In this document: in pieces, positions 17,456 through 27,548 of the stretch | Position numbering within the stretch: the first letter of the stretch is position 1 | Layout of the letters: each line of letters begins with the position of its first letter | Sequence record: ON529852.1 | DNA: 64,000 bases | Strand: one strand, 5' to 3' | Translations under genes and position numbers: made by a program | Notes under the pieces: model-generated | The model's input: only the letters and a program-made list of their open reading frames with translations | Told to the model about the DNA's origin: nothing | Database searches by the model: none

Positions 17456-17657
17456 ACTGTCCGGCGTCGAACTCGGCCGCTTCGATCTTGTCGCGGATCG
17501 GACGGATGGCGGCGGCGTGCTGTTTGAACCAGGCGTCGATCTCGGCCTGGGTCAGGAGATCACCGTCGGTGACCGCCAGGAGACGCCGCTTGTCCATGGC
17601 GTCGATCATCAACGCCAGCTTGCGCTCCTCGAACGTAAAGTCCGTCGGGATGATCAT
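17454..17657 (-). CDS. hypothetical protein
   Basis: ATGA-coupled ORF. Confidence 0.7.
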   Translation of the reverse strand: MIIPTDFTFEERKLALMIDAMDKRRLLAVTDGDLLTQAEIDAWFKQHAAAIRPIRDKIEAAEFDAGQ

Positions 17658-17947
17658 CCGAAGTGATGGGCCGGCAAGGGCGGCGGTTCACGCCCCGGCG
17701 GATACCGATCGTAGAAGACCTCTTCCGTCTTGACCCCGCTGGAGCGGTCGTAGGCGTAGACCCGGTTGATCATCACACGCGGGGACGCGTCCAGACCATA
17801 CTTCTTGCGCACGAAATCGGACGCCTCCATCCAGTTGCGGGCGAAGGTCGCGGTGTGGCGCGGGCCGATCGGGTGGTGATCCACAGGTTCAAGGACCTGG
17901 TAATCCACCTGGAACAGGGTATCGTCGTCTAAGGGGTGCGTGCGCAT
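17654..17947 (-). CDS. hypothetical protein
   Basis: GGAGG RBS; promoter TTGACA 18005-18000. Confidence 0.75.
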   Translation of the reverse strand: MRTHPLDDDTLFQVDYQVLEPVDHHPIGPRHTATFARNWMEASDFVRKKYGLDASPRVMINRVYAYDRSSGVKTEEVFYDRYPPGREPPPLPAHHFG

Positions 17948-18087
17948 GCGTCCTCCTGCCGTTCGTCGTCCCCGCCCCTTAGACCTCTCCCCCCCTGTCT
18001 GTCAACACTCTCGTTCCAGACGAATGCTGCTTGCAACAGCACTCGCCCCGCTTTAGTGTCAGTATCTCTGACATGCGGAGTATTTGA

Positions 18088-18270
18088 GTGAGTGAGAAGT
18101 CAAGGCTGACCGTGAGCGGCCGCTGGGCGCGTAGCGAGCCCGTCATCCAGAACTTGCCCGGCTCGTTCGCGGACGCCCTGAGTTGGGCCTTCGAGCGTCA
18201 AGACTTCTCCGAAGTCCGGCGGCGTCTGAAGGCGGGCGACCTGGAGCCCCGGAACACGTCTCATGACTGA
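18088..18270 (+). CDS. hypothetical protein
   Basis: GGAG RBS; promoter TTGCAA-N17-TAGTGT 18031-18059. Confidence 0.55.
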   Translation: MSEKSRLTVSGRWARSEPVIQNLPGSFADALSWAFERQDFSEVRRRLKAGDLEPRNTSHD

Positions 18271-18763
18271 CGGCGTGGAATCGCCCCTGGAGCATCGCCA
18301 GCCGCGTCGTGGCGACAAGGTCGTGTCCGCCCGGTTCGGCGACGTGGCGGTCGAAGGCGTGGTCGTCTCGTTCGCCTCCGGGCGACTGACCCTGCAAAGC
18401 CCCAAGGACGGCAGGCTGACCTTGCCCATTCAGCGCTTCACCTGGAAGCCCCGTGCGAAGCACTGGGTATGCTGGCCCGCCGACATGCTGCGCCATATGA
18501 AGACGGTGCTTCAGGCCGAAGAGGCGCATGCGCGCGCCCGCTATGGTCTGGAGCCTCGCGTAGGCGACTTCTGCCTGATCTCCGGCCGCGCCGGATGGAT
18601 CAGCCACTACTACGCCAAGCCGGTCCGGGCCGATCCGAGAGCCGGCGCCATATTCAACGCCCTTGCCGGCTACGAGATCACGACCGCCGCAGGACCTGTG
18701 CGCATCGAGTGCGGCCAGATCACCTACGACGCCGAGGAACGCCGCTGGATCGCCACGCCCTGA
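18263..18763 (+). CDS. hypothetical protein
   Basis: overlaps upstream ORF, GGAG RBS. Confidence 0.7.
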   Translation: MTDGVESPLEHRQPRRGDKVVSARFGDVAVEGVVVSFASGRLTLQSPKDGRLTLPIQRFTWKPRAKHWVCWPADMLRHMKTVLQAEEAHARARYGLEPRVGDFCLISGRAGWISHYYAKPVRADPRAGAIFNALAGYEITTAAGPVRIECGQITYDAEERRWIATP

Positions 18764-18787
18764 AAAATCCACAGTCGACTGGCTTTC

Positions 18788-18822
18788 GAGTGTTGACAGA
18801 CGGCAGACAGCCCTGCTACCAC
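18788..18822 (+). promoter_or_regulatory. promoter of tel/ter island GAGTGTTGACA-N18-TACCAC
   Basis: sigma70-like boxes; ACGGCA directly after -35. Confidence 0.7.
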
Positions 18823-18862
18823 CGCCATCGACGACAAAGACACCCTACGGAGGACCCCCTGA

Positions 18863-19138
18863 ATGACCAAGACCGCCGCTGTTACGCCGCTCGCCCTTGT
18901 GCCCGCTGAGCCCGCCGCGCCGATGAGCGCCTCCGAACGCGCTCGCGCTTCCGCCGCCGTCGCCAAGGCTGACGCGCAGGCTGCGCTGGAAAACCTTCAG
19001 GCCAAGATTGAGGCCTGTATCGCCGAAGCCCGCGACCTGTCCACGGTGGATACGATCCCGGAGGCCGTGCGCACCGAGATCAACAAGTTCGCCGGCAACA
19101 GCGCCGGGTCGCTCGACGCCATTTCGCGCGCCCGCTGA
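18863..19138 (+). CDS. hypothetical helical protein
   Basis: GGAGG RBS; first gene of island. Confidence 0.8.
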   Translation: MTKTAAVTPLALVPAEPAAPMSASERARASAAVAKADAQAALENLQAKIEACIAEARDLSTVDTIPEAVRTEINKFAGNSAGSLDAISRAR

Positions 19139-19175
19139 TCCTCTCACACGACCAGGCTTGAAGGAGCCCCTCTCG

Positions 19176-20303
19176 ATGACTGCATCCAAAGGCTTCGACA
19201 AGCCTGTCGCCCAACCCGTGCCCCAGGCCGTCAAAGACGCGGCCGCAGCGACGGGTTGGCACGCCGCCGACACCTATGAGCCCCGCGCGACGGGTCTCAA
19301 TGTGGCGCAGGGACAACCCCCCGCGACACGCCCCTCTGGCGTCCCCTCGGGGCGCGCCCTGACCCCGTTCACCCTGCAAGAGGTGGTGGACTACGGCAAG
19401 CCGCAGGCGACCGCCGCCGCCACGGTGGCGTCGAAGATCACCGGCTCGGCGCGGGCCGGGGACATCGACGAGGTCGGCAAGGCGCTGACCGCCCTGCTGA
19501 CCGGCGCCCAACAGTATGATCCGTCCAAGCTGGGCAAGGGCGGGTTCCTGGGCTTCTTCAAGCGCAAGAAGCGCGAACTGGAAGCCCACTACAAGTCGGT
19601 GGACGCCCAGGTGAACACCCTGGCGGCGGACGTCCAGAAACACATCGGTCATTTCCAGGGCCGCATCGGCGATCTGGAAGCCCTGAAGAAAGAAAACGCC
19701 GCGCGTCACGGCGAACTCGGCGCGGCGATGGAGCGCGCCAACGAGCGCATCGCCTGGATGAAGGCCAACCCGCCGGAAGTCGACGCCACCGACCCGATGT
19801 CGGCGACCAATCTCCAGACCTGGAACAATGTCATCGCCTACGCCGAAAAGCGTGTGGACGACCTGCGTCGCGCCCAGATTCTCTGCGAGATGCAGGCGCC
19901 CCAGATCGACATGATGCAGCAGAACGCCGGCATGCTGGTGATGAAGTTCGGAGAGGTTCAGACCACGACCCTGCCGCAACTCCAGATGGGCTTCTCGCTC
20001 TACATCGCCAATATGGAGGCCCAGAAGGGCGCCGACTTCTCCAAGGCGATCGACGACATGAACAACGACCTGATCACCCGGAACTCGGCCCAGTTGGGCG
20101 CCACGACGGTGGCGGTGCGCCAGCAGATGGCGCGCTCGTCGGTCGACCTGACTACCCTTCAGACGGTCAAGGACAATCTGTTCAACACCATGGATGAGTG
20201 TAAGCGCATTCAGTCCGAACTCTCCACCCGCCTGCAAAACGAGCGCCCCGCTCTGGAACAGGCCAGTCAGGACCTCGCCGCCCGTCTCGCGACCGGCGCC
20301 TGA
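19176..20303 (+). CDS. telA: TelA/KlaA toxic anion resistance family protein
   Basis: KGGFLGFFKRKK...HYKSVDAQV, long coiled coil, TTLPQL..., SSVDLTTL. Confidence 0.8.
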   Translation: MTASKGFDKPVAQPVPQAVKDAAAATGWHAADTYEPRATGLNVAQGQPPATRPSGVPSGRALTPFTLQEVVDYGKPQATAAATVASKITGSARAGDIDEVGKALTALLTGAQQYDPSKLGKGGFLGFFKRKKRELEAHYKSVDAQVNTLAADVQKHIGHFQGRIGDLEALKKENAARHGELGAAMERANERIAWMKANPPEVDATDPMSATNLQTWNNVIAYAEKRVDDLRRAQILCEMQAPQIDMMQQNAGMLVMKFGEVQTTTLPQLQMGFSLYIANMEAQKGADFSKAIDDMNNDLITRNSAQLGATTVAVRQQMARSSVDLTTLQTVKDNLFNTMDECKRIQSELSTRLQNERPALEQASQDLAARLATGA

Positions 20304-20345
20304 TCCTTCTCCCGCCTTCCTCCTACAGAACAAGGATAATCCCGC

Positions 20346-21113
20346 ATGGCTGTCATCGACCTGGAAAAGAAAGTCGAGAACGTCACGATCTCGCTGGCGA
20401 AGGCCGGCATCACCAAGGTGCCGCCGCTGCGCGTCGCCGCCGTCTATGACGACTCCTACTCGATGCAGCCGCTCTACGCGAACGGCGCCGTCCAGAAAGC
20501 CGCCGACCAGGTTCTGGCGGTCGGCATGAAGTTCGACGACGACGGCCAAGTGGACAGCTTCAAGTTCCACAACGAGGCCTTCTACGTCGGCACCCAGGAC
20601 GAGAACCAGTTCGGCACCTTCGTCAAGGAAGCCATCCTGACGCGCAAGGACCTGTGGGGCGGCACCAGCTACGGCGCCGGACTGAAGGCGGTCATGGACT
20701 TCTTCTTCGGCGCGGGCATCCGCTCGACCGCCTTCGTCCCCGGCGCCAAGAAGAAGGGCCTGTTCGGCTTCGGCGGCGGCCAGTCCAAGGGCACCTACGA
20801 GACCAAGACCTTCAAGAGCGAGGGCACGGACCCGGTCATGGTGATGTTCTTCACCGACGGCGAACAGACCGACGGCATGGCCGCCTCCAAGATCATCGCG
20901 GCGGCCGAGAAGGCCAACCAACCGATCTACTTCAACCTGATCGGCGTCGGCAGCGCGACCAACTTCAGCTATCTGAAGAAGCTGGCGGACGACTATGACA
21001 ACTGCGGCTTCGTCCACCTGAAGGGCTTCGAACTGACCGACGCCCAAATCTACGACGCCCTGCTGGGCACGGAAGAGGTCGTCGCCTTCCTGCGCAAGCA
21101 CGGCGCCTCCTGA
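20346..21113 (+). CDS. von Willebrand A domain protein of ter-cluster type
   Basis: MIDAS-like DDSYSM, WGGTSY, FFTDG, FNLIGVG, LADDYDNCGF. Confidence 0.85.
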   Translation: MAVIDLEKKVENVTISLAKAGITKVPPLRVAAVYDDSYSMQPLYANGAVQKAADQVLAVGMKFDDDGQVDSFKFHNEAFYVGTQDENQFGTFVKEAILTRKDLWGGTSYGAGLKAVMDFFFGAGIRSTAFVPGAKKKGLFGFGGGQSKGTYETKTFKSEGTDPVMVMFFTDGEQTDGMAASKIIAAAEKANQPIYFNLIGVGSATNFSYLKKLADDYDNCGFVHLKGFELTDAQIYDALLGTEEVVAFLRKHGAS

Positions 21114-21180
21114 TCGACCCTTTTGGCCCGGCGGCGGAGATCGCCGGGCCGCATCATCAACGACATAAGGACCACACCAT

Positions 21181-22176
21181 ATGGACATCGGGCTCGGCTA
21201 CGTAGCCTTGGCGGTCATCGCCCTGGGGCTGCTCGCCTTCGATCTTTACAACCACCGCAAGCCCGAAGAGGTGTCGATCAAGAGCGCAGCGCTCTGGTCG
21301 GGCTTCTACGTCCTGGCGGCCCTGGGCTTCGCCCTCTACATCAACTTCCAGTATTCGACCGAGTGGGCGCAACTGTTCCTGACCGGCTACGCGCTGGAGA
21401 AGGTCCTGGCGGTGGACAACCTGTTCGCCTTCATGATTATCTTCTCCTACTTCGGCGTCGCGTCGAAGTTCCAGCACAACATCCTCTACTGGGGCATCCT
21501 GGGCGCCATCGTCTTCCGGGGCGTGTTCGTGGTGCTGGGCACGTCGTTCACGGCCCTGTTCGGCCCCTGGGCGCTGCTGATCTTCGCGGCCATCATCGGC
21601 TACACCGCCATCAAGATGCTCCAGGGCGGCGGCGATGACGGCGACGAGGCGGTCGACTACGCCGACAAGTGGTATATCAAGGGCGTCAAACGCTTCCTGC
21701 CGGTCACCGAGAAGACCGACGGCGGCAAGTTCTTCCTGAAGCTGCCGACCAACGCCGGCAAGACGGCTCTGTTCGCCACCCCGATGTTCCTGTGCCTGAT
21801 CGCCATCGAAGTCACCGACGTGGTCTTCGCCTTCGACAGCGTCCCGGCCGTGATCGCGGTCACCAAGGAGCCCTTCCTGGTCTATTCGGCCATGATCTTC
21901 GCCATCCTCGGCCTGCGTTCGCTCTACTTCGTGCTGGAAGCGCTGCGCCGCGTCCTGTCGCGCCTGGAGACGGCGGTCATCTTCATCCTGCTCTTCATCG
22001 CCGGCAAGCTGACGGTGCAGGCAGGCTCCACCCTGGTCCACGACTTCACCGGCGCCATGCAGCCCGTGCATATCGATCCGCTGCTCAGCCTCGGCATCGT
22101 CATGACCCTGCTGGTCGGCGGCGTGATCTGGTCGCTGGTCAGCCCCGTCAAGGACGACGAAGCCGAAGCGGCCTAA
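21181..22176 (+). CDS. terC: TerC family integral membrane protein
   Basis: GYALEKVLAVDNLF, EVTDVVFAFDSVPA, AILGLRSLYF. Confidence 0.93.
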   Translation: MDIGLGYVALAVIALGLLAFDLYNHRKPEEVSIKSAALWSGFYVLAALGFALYINFQYSTEWAQLFLTGYALEKVLAVDNLFAFMIIFSYFGVASKFQHNILYWGILGAIVFRGVFVVLGTSFTALFGPWALLIFAAIIGYTAIKMLQGGGDDGDEAVDYADKWYIKGVKRFLPVTEKTDGGKFFLKLPTNAGKTALFATPMFLCLIAIEVTDVVFAFDSVPAVIAVTKEPFLVYSAMIFAILGLRSLYFVLEALRRVLSRLETAVIFILLFIAGKLTVQAGSTLVHDFTGAMQPVHIDPLLSLGIVMTLLVGGVIWSLVSPVKDDEAEAA

Positions 22177-22251
22177 GTCGACCTCCCCTACAGGGTCGGC
22201 GGCGCGGGCGAACCGCCGACCCTCTACCTCGCCCACCACAAAGGAAACTCC

Positions 22252-22899
22252 ATGAGCGTTATCGACCTCTCCAAGGGCGCCAACATCAACCTGGCGAAAG
22301 ACGCCCCCGGCGTCACCCGCTTCGTCATCGGCCTGGGCTGGAACGCCAACCCGCAGAGCCCGCCGGACCTGGACGCCTCGGTCCTGCCCTGCACCAAGGT
22401 CGGCGGCAACCCGGTCCTGCCCGACGACAAGTCGTTCGTCTTCTACGGCAATCTGAAGTCCACGGACGGCGCCATCATCCACTCGGGCGACAACCTGACC
22501 GGCGACGGCGACGGCGATGATGAGCGTATCGCCATCGACACCGCCAAGCTGAACCCGGCGATCGACGACATCCTGATCGTCGTGACGATCCACCAGGGCA
22601 AGGAGCGCGGTCAGAACTTCGGCCTGGTCCGCAACGCCTACGCGCGCATCTACGACGCCGACAAGCTGGCGGCGGCGGAAGCGGCCAATCCGAACCTGTC
22701 GGACAAGGAACTGCACGACCTCGCCCTGGCGCAGTATGACCTCGAAGAAGACGCCGGCGGCTACACCGCCCTGGTCTTCGGCGAACTCTACTCGAAGGAC
22801 GGCGACTGGCGCTTCAAGGCGCGCGGCGAAGGCCGCAACGAGTCGCTGGGCGAACTGGTCACCAGCTACCTGCCGGCCGGCGTGTCGGTCTCGGGCTAA
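22252..22899 (+). CDS. terD: TerD family protein
   Basis: GLGW, DLDAS, VFYGN, HSGDNLTGDGDGDDE, NFGLVRNAY, GELY...WRFKA. Confidence 0.95.
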   Translation: MSVIDLSKGANINLAKDAPGVTRFVIGLGWNANPQSPPDLDASVLPCTKVGGNPVLPDDKSFVFYGNLKSTDGAIIHSGDNLTGDGDGDDERIAIDTAKLNPAIDDILIVVTIHQGKERGQNFGLVRNAYARIYDADKLAAAEAANPNLSDKELHDLALAQYDLEEDAGGYTALVFGELYSKDGDWRFKARGEGRNESLGELVTSYLPAGVSVSG

Positions 22900-22911
22900 G
22901 CCTTCCGATGA

Positions 22912-22941
22912 GGCCGGGGGACGTTCGCGTCCCCCGGTTTT
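22912..22941 (+). terminator. intrinsic terminator
   Basis: GGCCGGGGGACG-TTCG-CGTCCCCCGGTT followed by T run. Confidence 0.85.
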
Positions 22942-22996
22942 CGACTACCTTGTGAGACGACCGGCCCGCGCGGCCGAAGACCTGGAGGACGTTTCC

Positions 22997-24328
22997 GTGC
23001 CCAAGCCCGCCCCGCCCCCGATTGATATGGAAGCGCTGGTGCGTCGGCCGAAGAAGGCACAACCGAACGTCCCGCCGCCGATCGACATGGAGGCGCTGGT
23101 GCGGCCCCGCAAGCCGTCGGCCCCAGAGACGCGCGCCCATCCTGTCGACGTCGACATGGAAGCGCTGGTGCGTCGCCCGAAGAAGGCTCCCGCCAAGGTC
23201 GAGCCTGTCGAAGACCCCAGAATTGAAGTCTACATTCAAAACCGCGTCAACGGATGGAAGCCCGTCATGGCCGCCGGCGCCGCTGGATATAACGGAAATC
23301 AGGGCCATTCCCTGGAGAACGATCCGGACATCCAGGCGAGGATCGCCCAGCGCCTGGCGACGCGGCCGGGGGCGGTCCCCCAGAGCACGGGCGGCGGTTT
23401 CTACGGCAAATCCGCGCCGGCTCCGGCGACCGATATGGAGGCTCTCGTGCGCCGCGCGGGGCCGCCTAGCCCCGCCGAGGCATCCCTGACGGAATACACC
23501 CTGTACGCCATGGCGCGCAACGACGGGTATAAGGGCACGCTTGTGGAGTATGTCACCCAACACCGCGCCAAGGTCGCCGCCGGTCCCGACATGGCGGCGC
23601 TGGTCGCCCGCCGGAATGCCCCGTCGCGTTCCGCCCCTGACATGACGGACTTGATCCGCCGCCCCGCTCAGGCCGCCGCTCCGGCGAACGCCAACGCCCG
23701 ACGCAACCAGCAGGTCAATGCGCTGATCGAGCGCGCGCGTCAGGTGGAGCCCAGCGTCGTTGACGGCATGCGCTTCAACACCCGGCTTCACCGCTTCCTG
23801 GACTTGCGGCCGACCGCCTGGACGACCTGGGGCGAGGACGAAGCCCGCGTCGTGGTGCAGTCCGCTTCGGGGCAGGCGGAGGCGTCGCGCCAGCTTTCCC
23901 TCGCCAACGCCGTCAAGTGGGCCGCTGAATGCGAGCAGGCCTACGCCAAACCGCCGGGGTTCATGGACCGCTTCTCCCAGCAGACGCGCCCGGAATTCTA
24001 TCGGGTCCGGCTGGAGCAGTCCCGCGACATGCTGATCAAGGTCCAGGACGACCTTCAGCAGGTGCAGGACCGGGTGCGCGAGAACCTGGACCGGCTGCGG
24101 ATCGACGTGGTCGTGCTTCAAGTCGCCACCGAGCAGGTCACCGACGCCTCGGATTCGATCATCGCCACGCGTCGCCTCCAGACCCTGGTCCAGGTGCAGG
24201 CGACCGCCGCCATGATTCTCCAGGGCTGCGAGAGCCTGGCCCAGACCGCCGCCGCCCAGGCGGCCACGGTGTCGTCGTTGCTGACGGTGACGATCCCCAA
24301 CTGGATCATCGCCCAGCAAAATCGCTGA
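22997..24328 (+). CDS. TelA-like coiled-coil protein with N-terminal DMEALVRR repeats
   Basis: GTG start after GGAGG; six D-M-x-x-L-V/I-x-R motifs; C-terminal VTIPNW resembles TelA end. Confidence 0.75.
   Translation: MPKPAPPPIDMEALVRRPKKAQPNVPPPIDMEALVRPRKPSAPETRAHPVDVDMEALVRRPKKAPAKVEPVEDPRIEVYIQNRVNGWKPVMAAGAAGYNGNQGHSLENDPDIQARIAQRLATRPGAVPQSTGGGFYGKSAPAPATDMEALVRRAGPPSPAEASLTEYTLYAMARNDGYKGTLVEYVTQHRAKVAAGPDMAALVARRNAPSRSAPDMTDLIRRPAQAAAPANANARRNQQVNALIERARQVEPSVVDGMRFNTRLHRFLDLRPTAWTTWGEDEARVVVQSASGQAEASRQLSLANAVKWAAECEQAYAKPPGFMDRFSQQTRPEFYRVRLEQSRDMLIKVQDDLQQVQDRVRENLDRLRIDVVVLQVATEQVTDASDSIIATRRLQTLVQVQATAAMILQGCESLAQTAAAQAATVSSLLTVTIPNWIIAQQNR
23024..23662 (+). repeat. six coding repeats of DMEALVRR motif
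   Basis: copies start at 23024, 23084, 23153, 23432, 23588, 23639. Confidence 0.9.
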
Positions 24329-24340
24329 GGCGCTTGGCGC

Positions 24341-24378
24341 TTAATAGTTGACGGCTGCCGTCGAAACTGGTTAATAGT
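24341..24378 (+). promoter_or_regulatory. rtcB promoter bracketed by TTAATAGT direct repeat
   Basis: TTGACG 24348; TTAATAGT at 24341 and 24371; GACGGC-T-GCCGTC palindrome over -35. Confidence 0.65.
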
Positions 24379-24406
24379 GCCAATATAACTGGCAGAGGAG
24401 TCCGCC

Positions 24407-25645
<1,239 letters not shown>

Positions 25646-25646
25646 G

Positions 25647-26264
25647 ATGAACGCCCACGTCAACTCCATCTACGCCTACGAGGTTCACGACCACAAGGGC
25701 ACCAAGGCGGCTGTCTTGGGAGCCCTATCGGCGGCGGGGTCACGCGGGCTTTGCTGCGAAGAACTCGAAGATCGCCTGGGTGACGCCCATAACACGATCT
25801 CGGCCGCCTGCACCCATCTGCGCAAAGGTTATGCGGGCGCCCCCTTGATCTGCTGGACGGGGCAGAAGGTGCGGACTCGGAGTGGACGCAGCGCCGGACG
25901 CATGCGCCTGGTTCTCGCCGGTGAAATCGTCGCCGCCGAGCCGGTGAAAAAGAGGCTGCCCCGGTCCGCCAGCAGTTCCAGCGTCTTCACCAACGGAAAC
26001 GCCAACTCTGCGGCGGCTGCTCGATCCATGACTGGGGCGGCGCAGGCGCAGGAGGTCAAGGTGTTGGACGCCTTGTTGATCAACCGCACCGCCGACCAGA
26101 TCGCCATGGTGACGGGACTTCGCCCGCAGTCCGTGACGGCGAGGCTGAGGGCTCTTAAGGCCAGGGGACTGGTGCGCGAGACCGGCGCCACCCGCATGAC
26201 GCGGAAGAATCGCCCGGCCGCCGTGCTGGAACGGGTGACGCCTATGCTGGGACTGACACACTGA
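25647..26264 (+). CDS. tandem winged-helix DNA-binding protein
   Basis: two wHTH-like units ending TGQKVRTRSGR and TGATRMTRKNR. Confidence 0.7.
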   Translation: MNAHVNSIYAYEVHDHKGTKAAVLGALSAAGSRGLCCEELEDRLGDAHNTISAACTHLRKGYAGAPLICWTGQKVRTRSGRSAGRMRLVLAGEIVAAEPVKKRLPRSASSSSVFTNGNANSAAAARSMTGAAQAQEVKVLDALLINRTADQIAMVTGLRPQSVTARLRALKARGLVRETGATRMTRKNRPAAVLERVTPMLGLTH

Positions 26265-26503
26265 TGTGCCCGGAGAACGAGCACGACTACGCCTATACCG
26301 GCGTGCGGTTCAAGGACGACCCCTTCAACCGCCCCGGCGGCAGCGCCCACGACCGCTACTACGCCCACGTCTTCCACTGCCGCAAATGCCTGGACATCAA
26401 GTCCGAGCAGATCGGTCGTGACGGCACGAACTGGGACGGGGCGAAATACGACGCCACCCCGGCGACCGGGGATGAAGTTCAGGCTCCAAAGGGACGGTAC
26501 TAA
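26264..26503 (+). CDS. small hypothetical protein with CxxC
   Basis: HVFHCRKC. Confidence 0.7.
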   Translation: MCPENEHDYAYTGVRFKDDPFNRPGGSAHDRYYAHVFHCRKCLDIKSEQIGRDGTNWDGAKYDATPATGDEVQAPKGRY

Positions 26504-26508
26504 CTGAC

Positions 26509-26814
26509 ATGACCTCCATCATCGACGCGATCTACCCCGAGACCCTGCCGTGGGAACTCGATCACACCGTCACCGACGAGCACAACAACTCGGCGGTGGT
26601 GGACGAGCACCGCGTCGTGATCTGCTTCATGAGCGACGACGGCCTGACGGACGACGAGCGCGACGACATCATCGACGCGCGCGGCCGCATGATCGCGGCC
26701 GCGCCCGAGATGGCGATGGCCTTGCTGGCGATCGTTGCTTCCGGCGTCGCCCTGCCGGTCGCCGTGACCGAGGCGGTCGAGAAGGCGCTGGACAAGGTTC
26801 GCGGCGATGACTGA
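26509..26814 (+). CDS. hypothetical phage protein
   Basis: ARGRMIAAAPEM motif typical of small phage ORFs. Confidence 0.75.
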   Translation: MTSIIDAIYPETLPWELDHTVTDEHNNSAVVDEHRVVICFMSDDGLTDDERDDIIDARGRMIAAAPEMAMALLAIVASGVALPVAVTEAVEKALDKVRGDD

Positions 26815-27202
26815 TTGCCATCCTGCGGAGATGACCCACGAGCGCCTCGCGGCGCGGCAGGTCAAGGCCTATGACTGGGCGGTCGCCACCTATGGCGCCG
26901 CCCGCGTCACCCAGCGCCGCTATCAGGCCTTCCGCCTGCTGGAGGAGGTCATGGAGTTGTGTCAGGCCCAGGGGCTGGGGCTGGAGGACTTCGAGCGCAC
27001 CGCAAAATACGTGGCGGCGCGAAAGGTCGGCGACACCCGTGAGGAGATGGGCGACGTCCAGATTTGCCTCGACATCATGGCTGAAAACCTCGGGCTGTCC
27101 CTGGACGCCTGCCACACCACCGCGCTGAACCGCATCCAGGGTCTGGACCCGGTCAAGTGCAAGTTGAAGGACGACGGCAAGATCGCCGCCGGTTTGATCT
27201 GA
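26807..27202 (+). CDS. MazG-like nucleotide pyrophosphohydrolase
   Basis: LLEEVMEL...EEMGDV acidic metal-binding pattern. Confidence 0.75.
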   Translation: MTDCHPAEMTHERLAARQVKAYDWAVATYGAARVTQRRYQAFRLLEEVMELCQAQGLGLEDFERTAKYVAARKVGDTREEMGDVQICLDIMAENLGLSLDACHTTALNRIQGLDPVKCKLKDDGKIAAGLI

Positions 27203-27408
27203 TGAACGCCACTGACGCCCGCGAGCCCGAAGACTTCTCGGCCCTGATCGGCCTGACGATCCTGGAAGCCGAAGCCCTGACCGGCGGCAAGGTGCGCGCC
27301 ACCCTGCGCGACGGCCGGCCTCAGATCGGAACCTGCGACTATCGTCTGGACCGCATCAACGTCTCGACGGTGGACGGTCTGATCACCGCCGTGGGCGGAC
27401 GCGGCTGA
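27202..27408 (+). CDS. peptidase inhibitor I78 / potato inhibitor I-like protein
   Basis: LIGLT..EAE...VR...DG....TCDYRLDRINV. Confidence 0.75.
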   Translation: MNATDAREPEDFSALIGLTILEAEALTGGKVRATLRDGRPQIGTCDYRLDRINVSTVDGLITAVGGRG

Positions 27409-27548
27409 TGGTGTGGCTGTGGGTGATCACCATCGCCCTGGTGGTCTGTGCGATCGTGGCGCTGTTCATGGTCGTGGGGTCCGCCATGCGCGATCCCCGC
27501 GATCCCGGCGCGGGCGGCGGCTTCGAACTGTGGGACGGTGACGACTGA
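27408..27548 (+). CDS. 46 aa membrane microprotein (not in ORF track)
   Basis: MVWLWVITIALVVCAIVALFMVVG...; TGATG overlaps at both ends. Confidence 0.7.
   Translation: MVWLWVITIALVVCAIVALFMVVGSAMRDPRDPGAGGGFELWDGDD

Noticed and set aside
22176-22200. GGGGAG element near terC suggesting a yybP-ykoY Mn riboswitch
   Set aside because: It is on the opposite strand and downstream of terC; the 68 nt upstream gap lacks the motif
22736-22996. Listed upstream extension of the repeat protein
   Set aside because: Overlaps terD and crosses the terminator; GTG at 22997 has a GGAGG RBS
23024-23175. Regularly spaced ~24-30 nt DNA repeats resembling a CRISPR array
   Set aside because: Repeats are in frame, vary at synonymous positions, have irregular spacing and no cas genes; they are a coding peptide repeat
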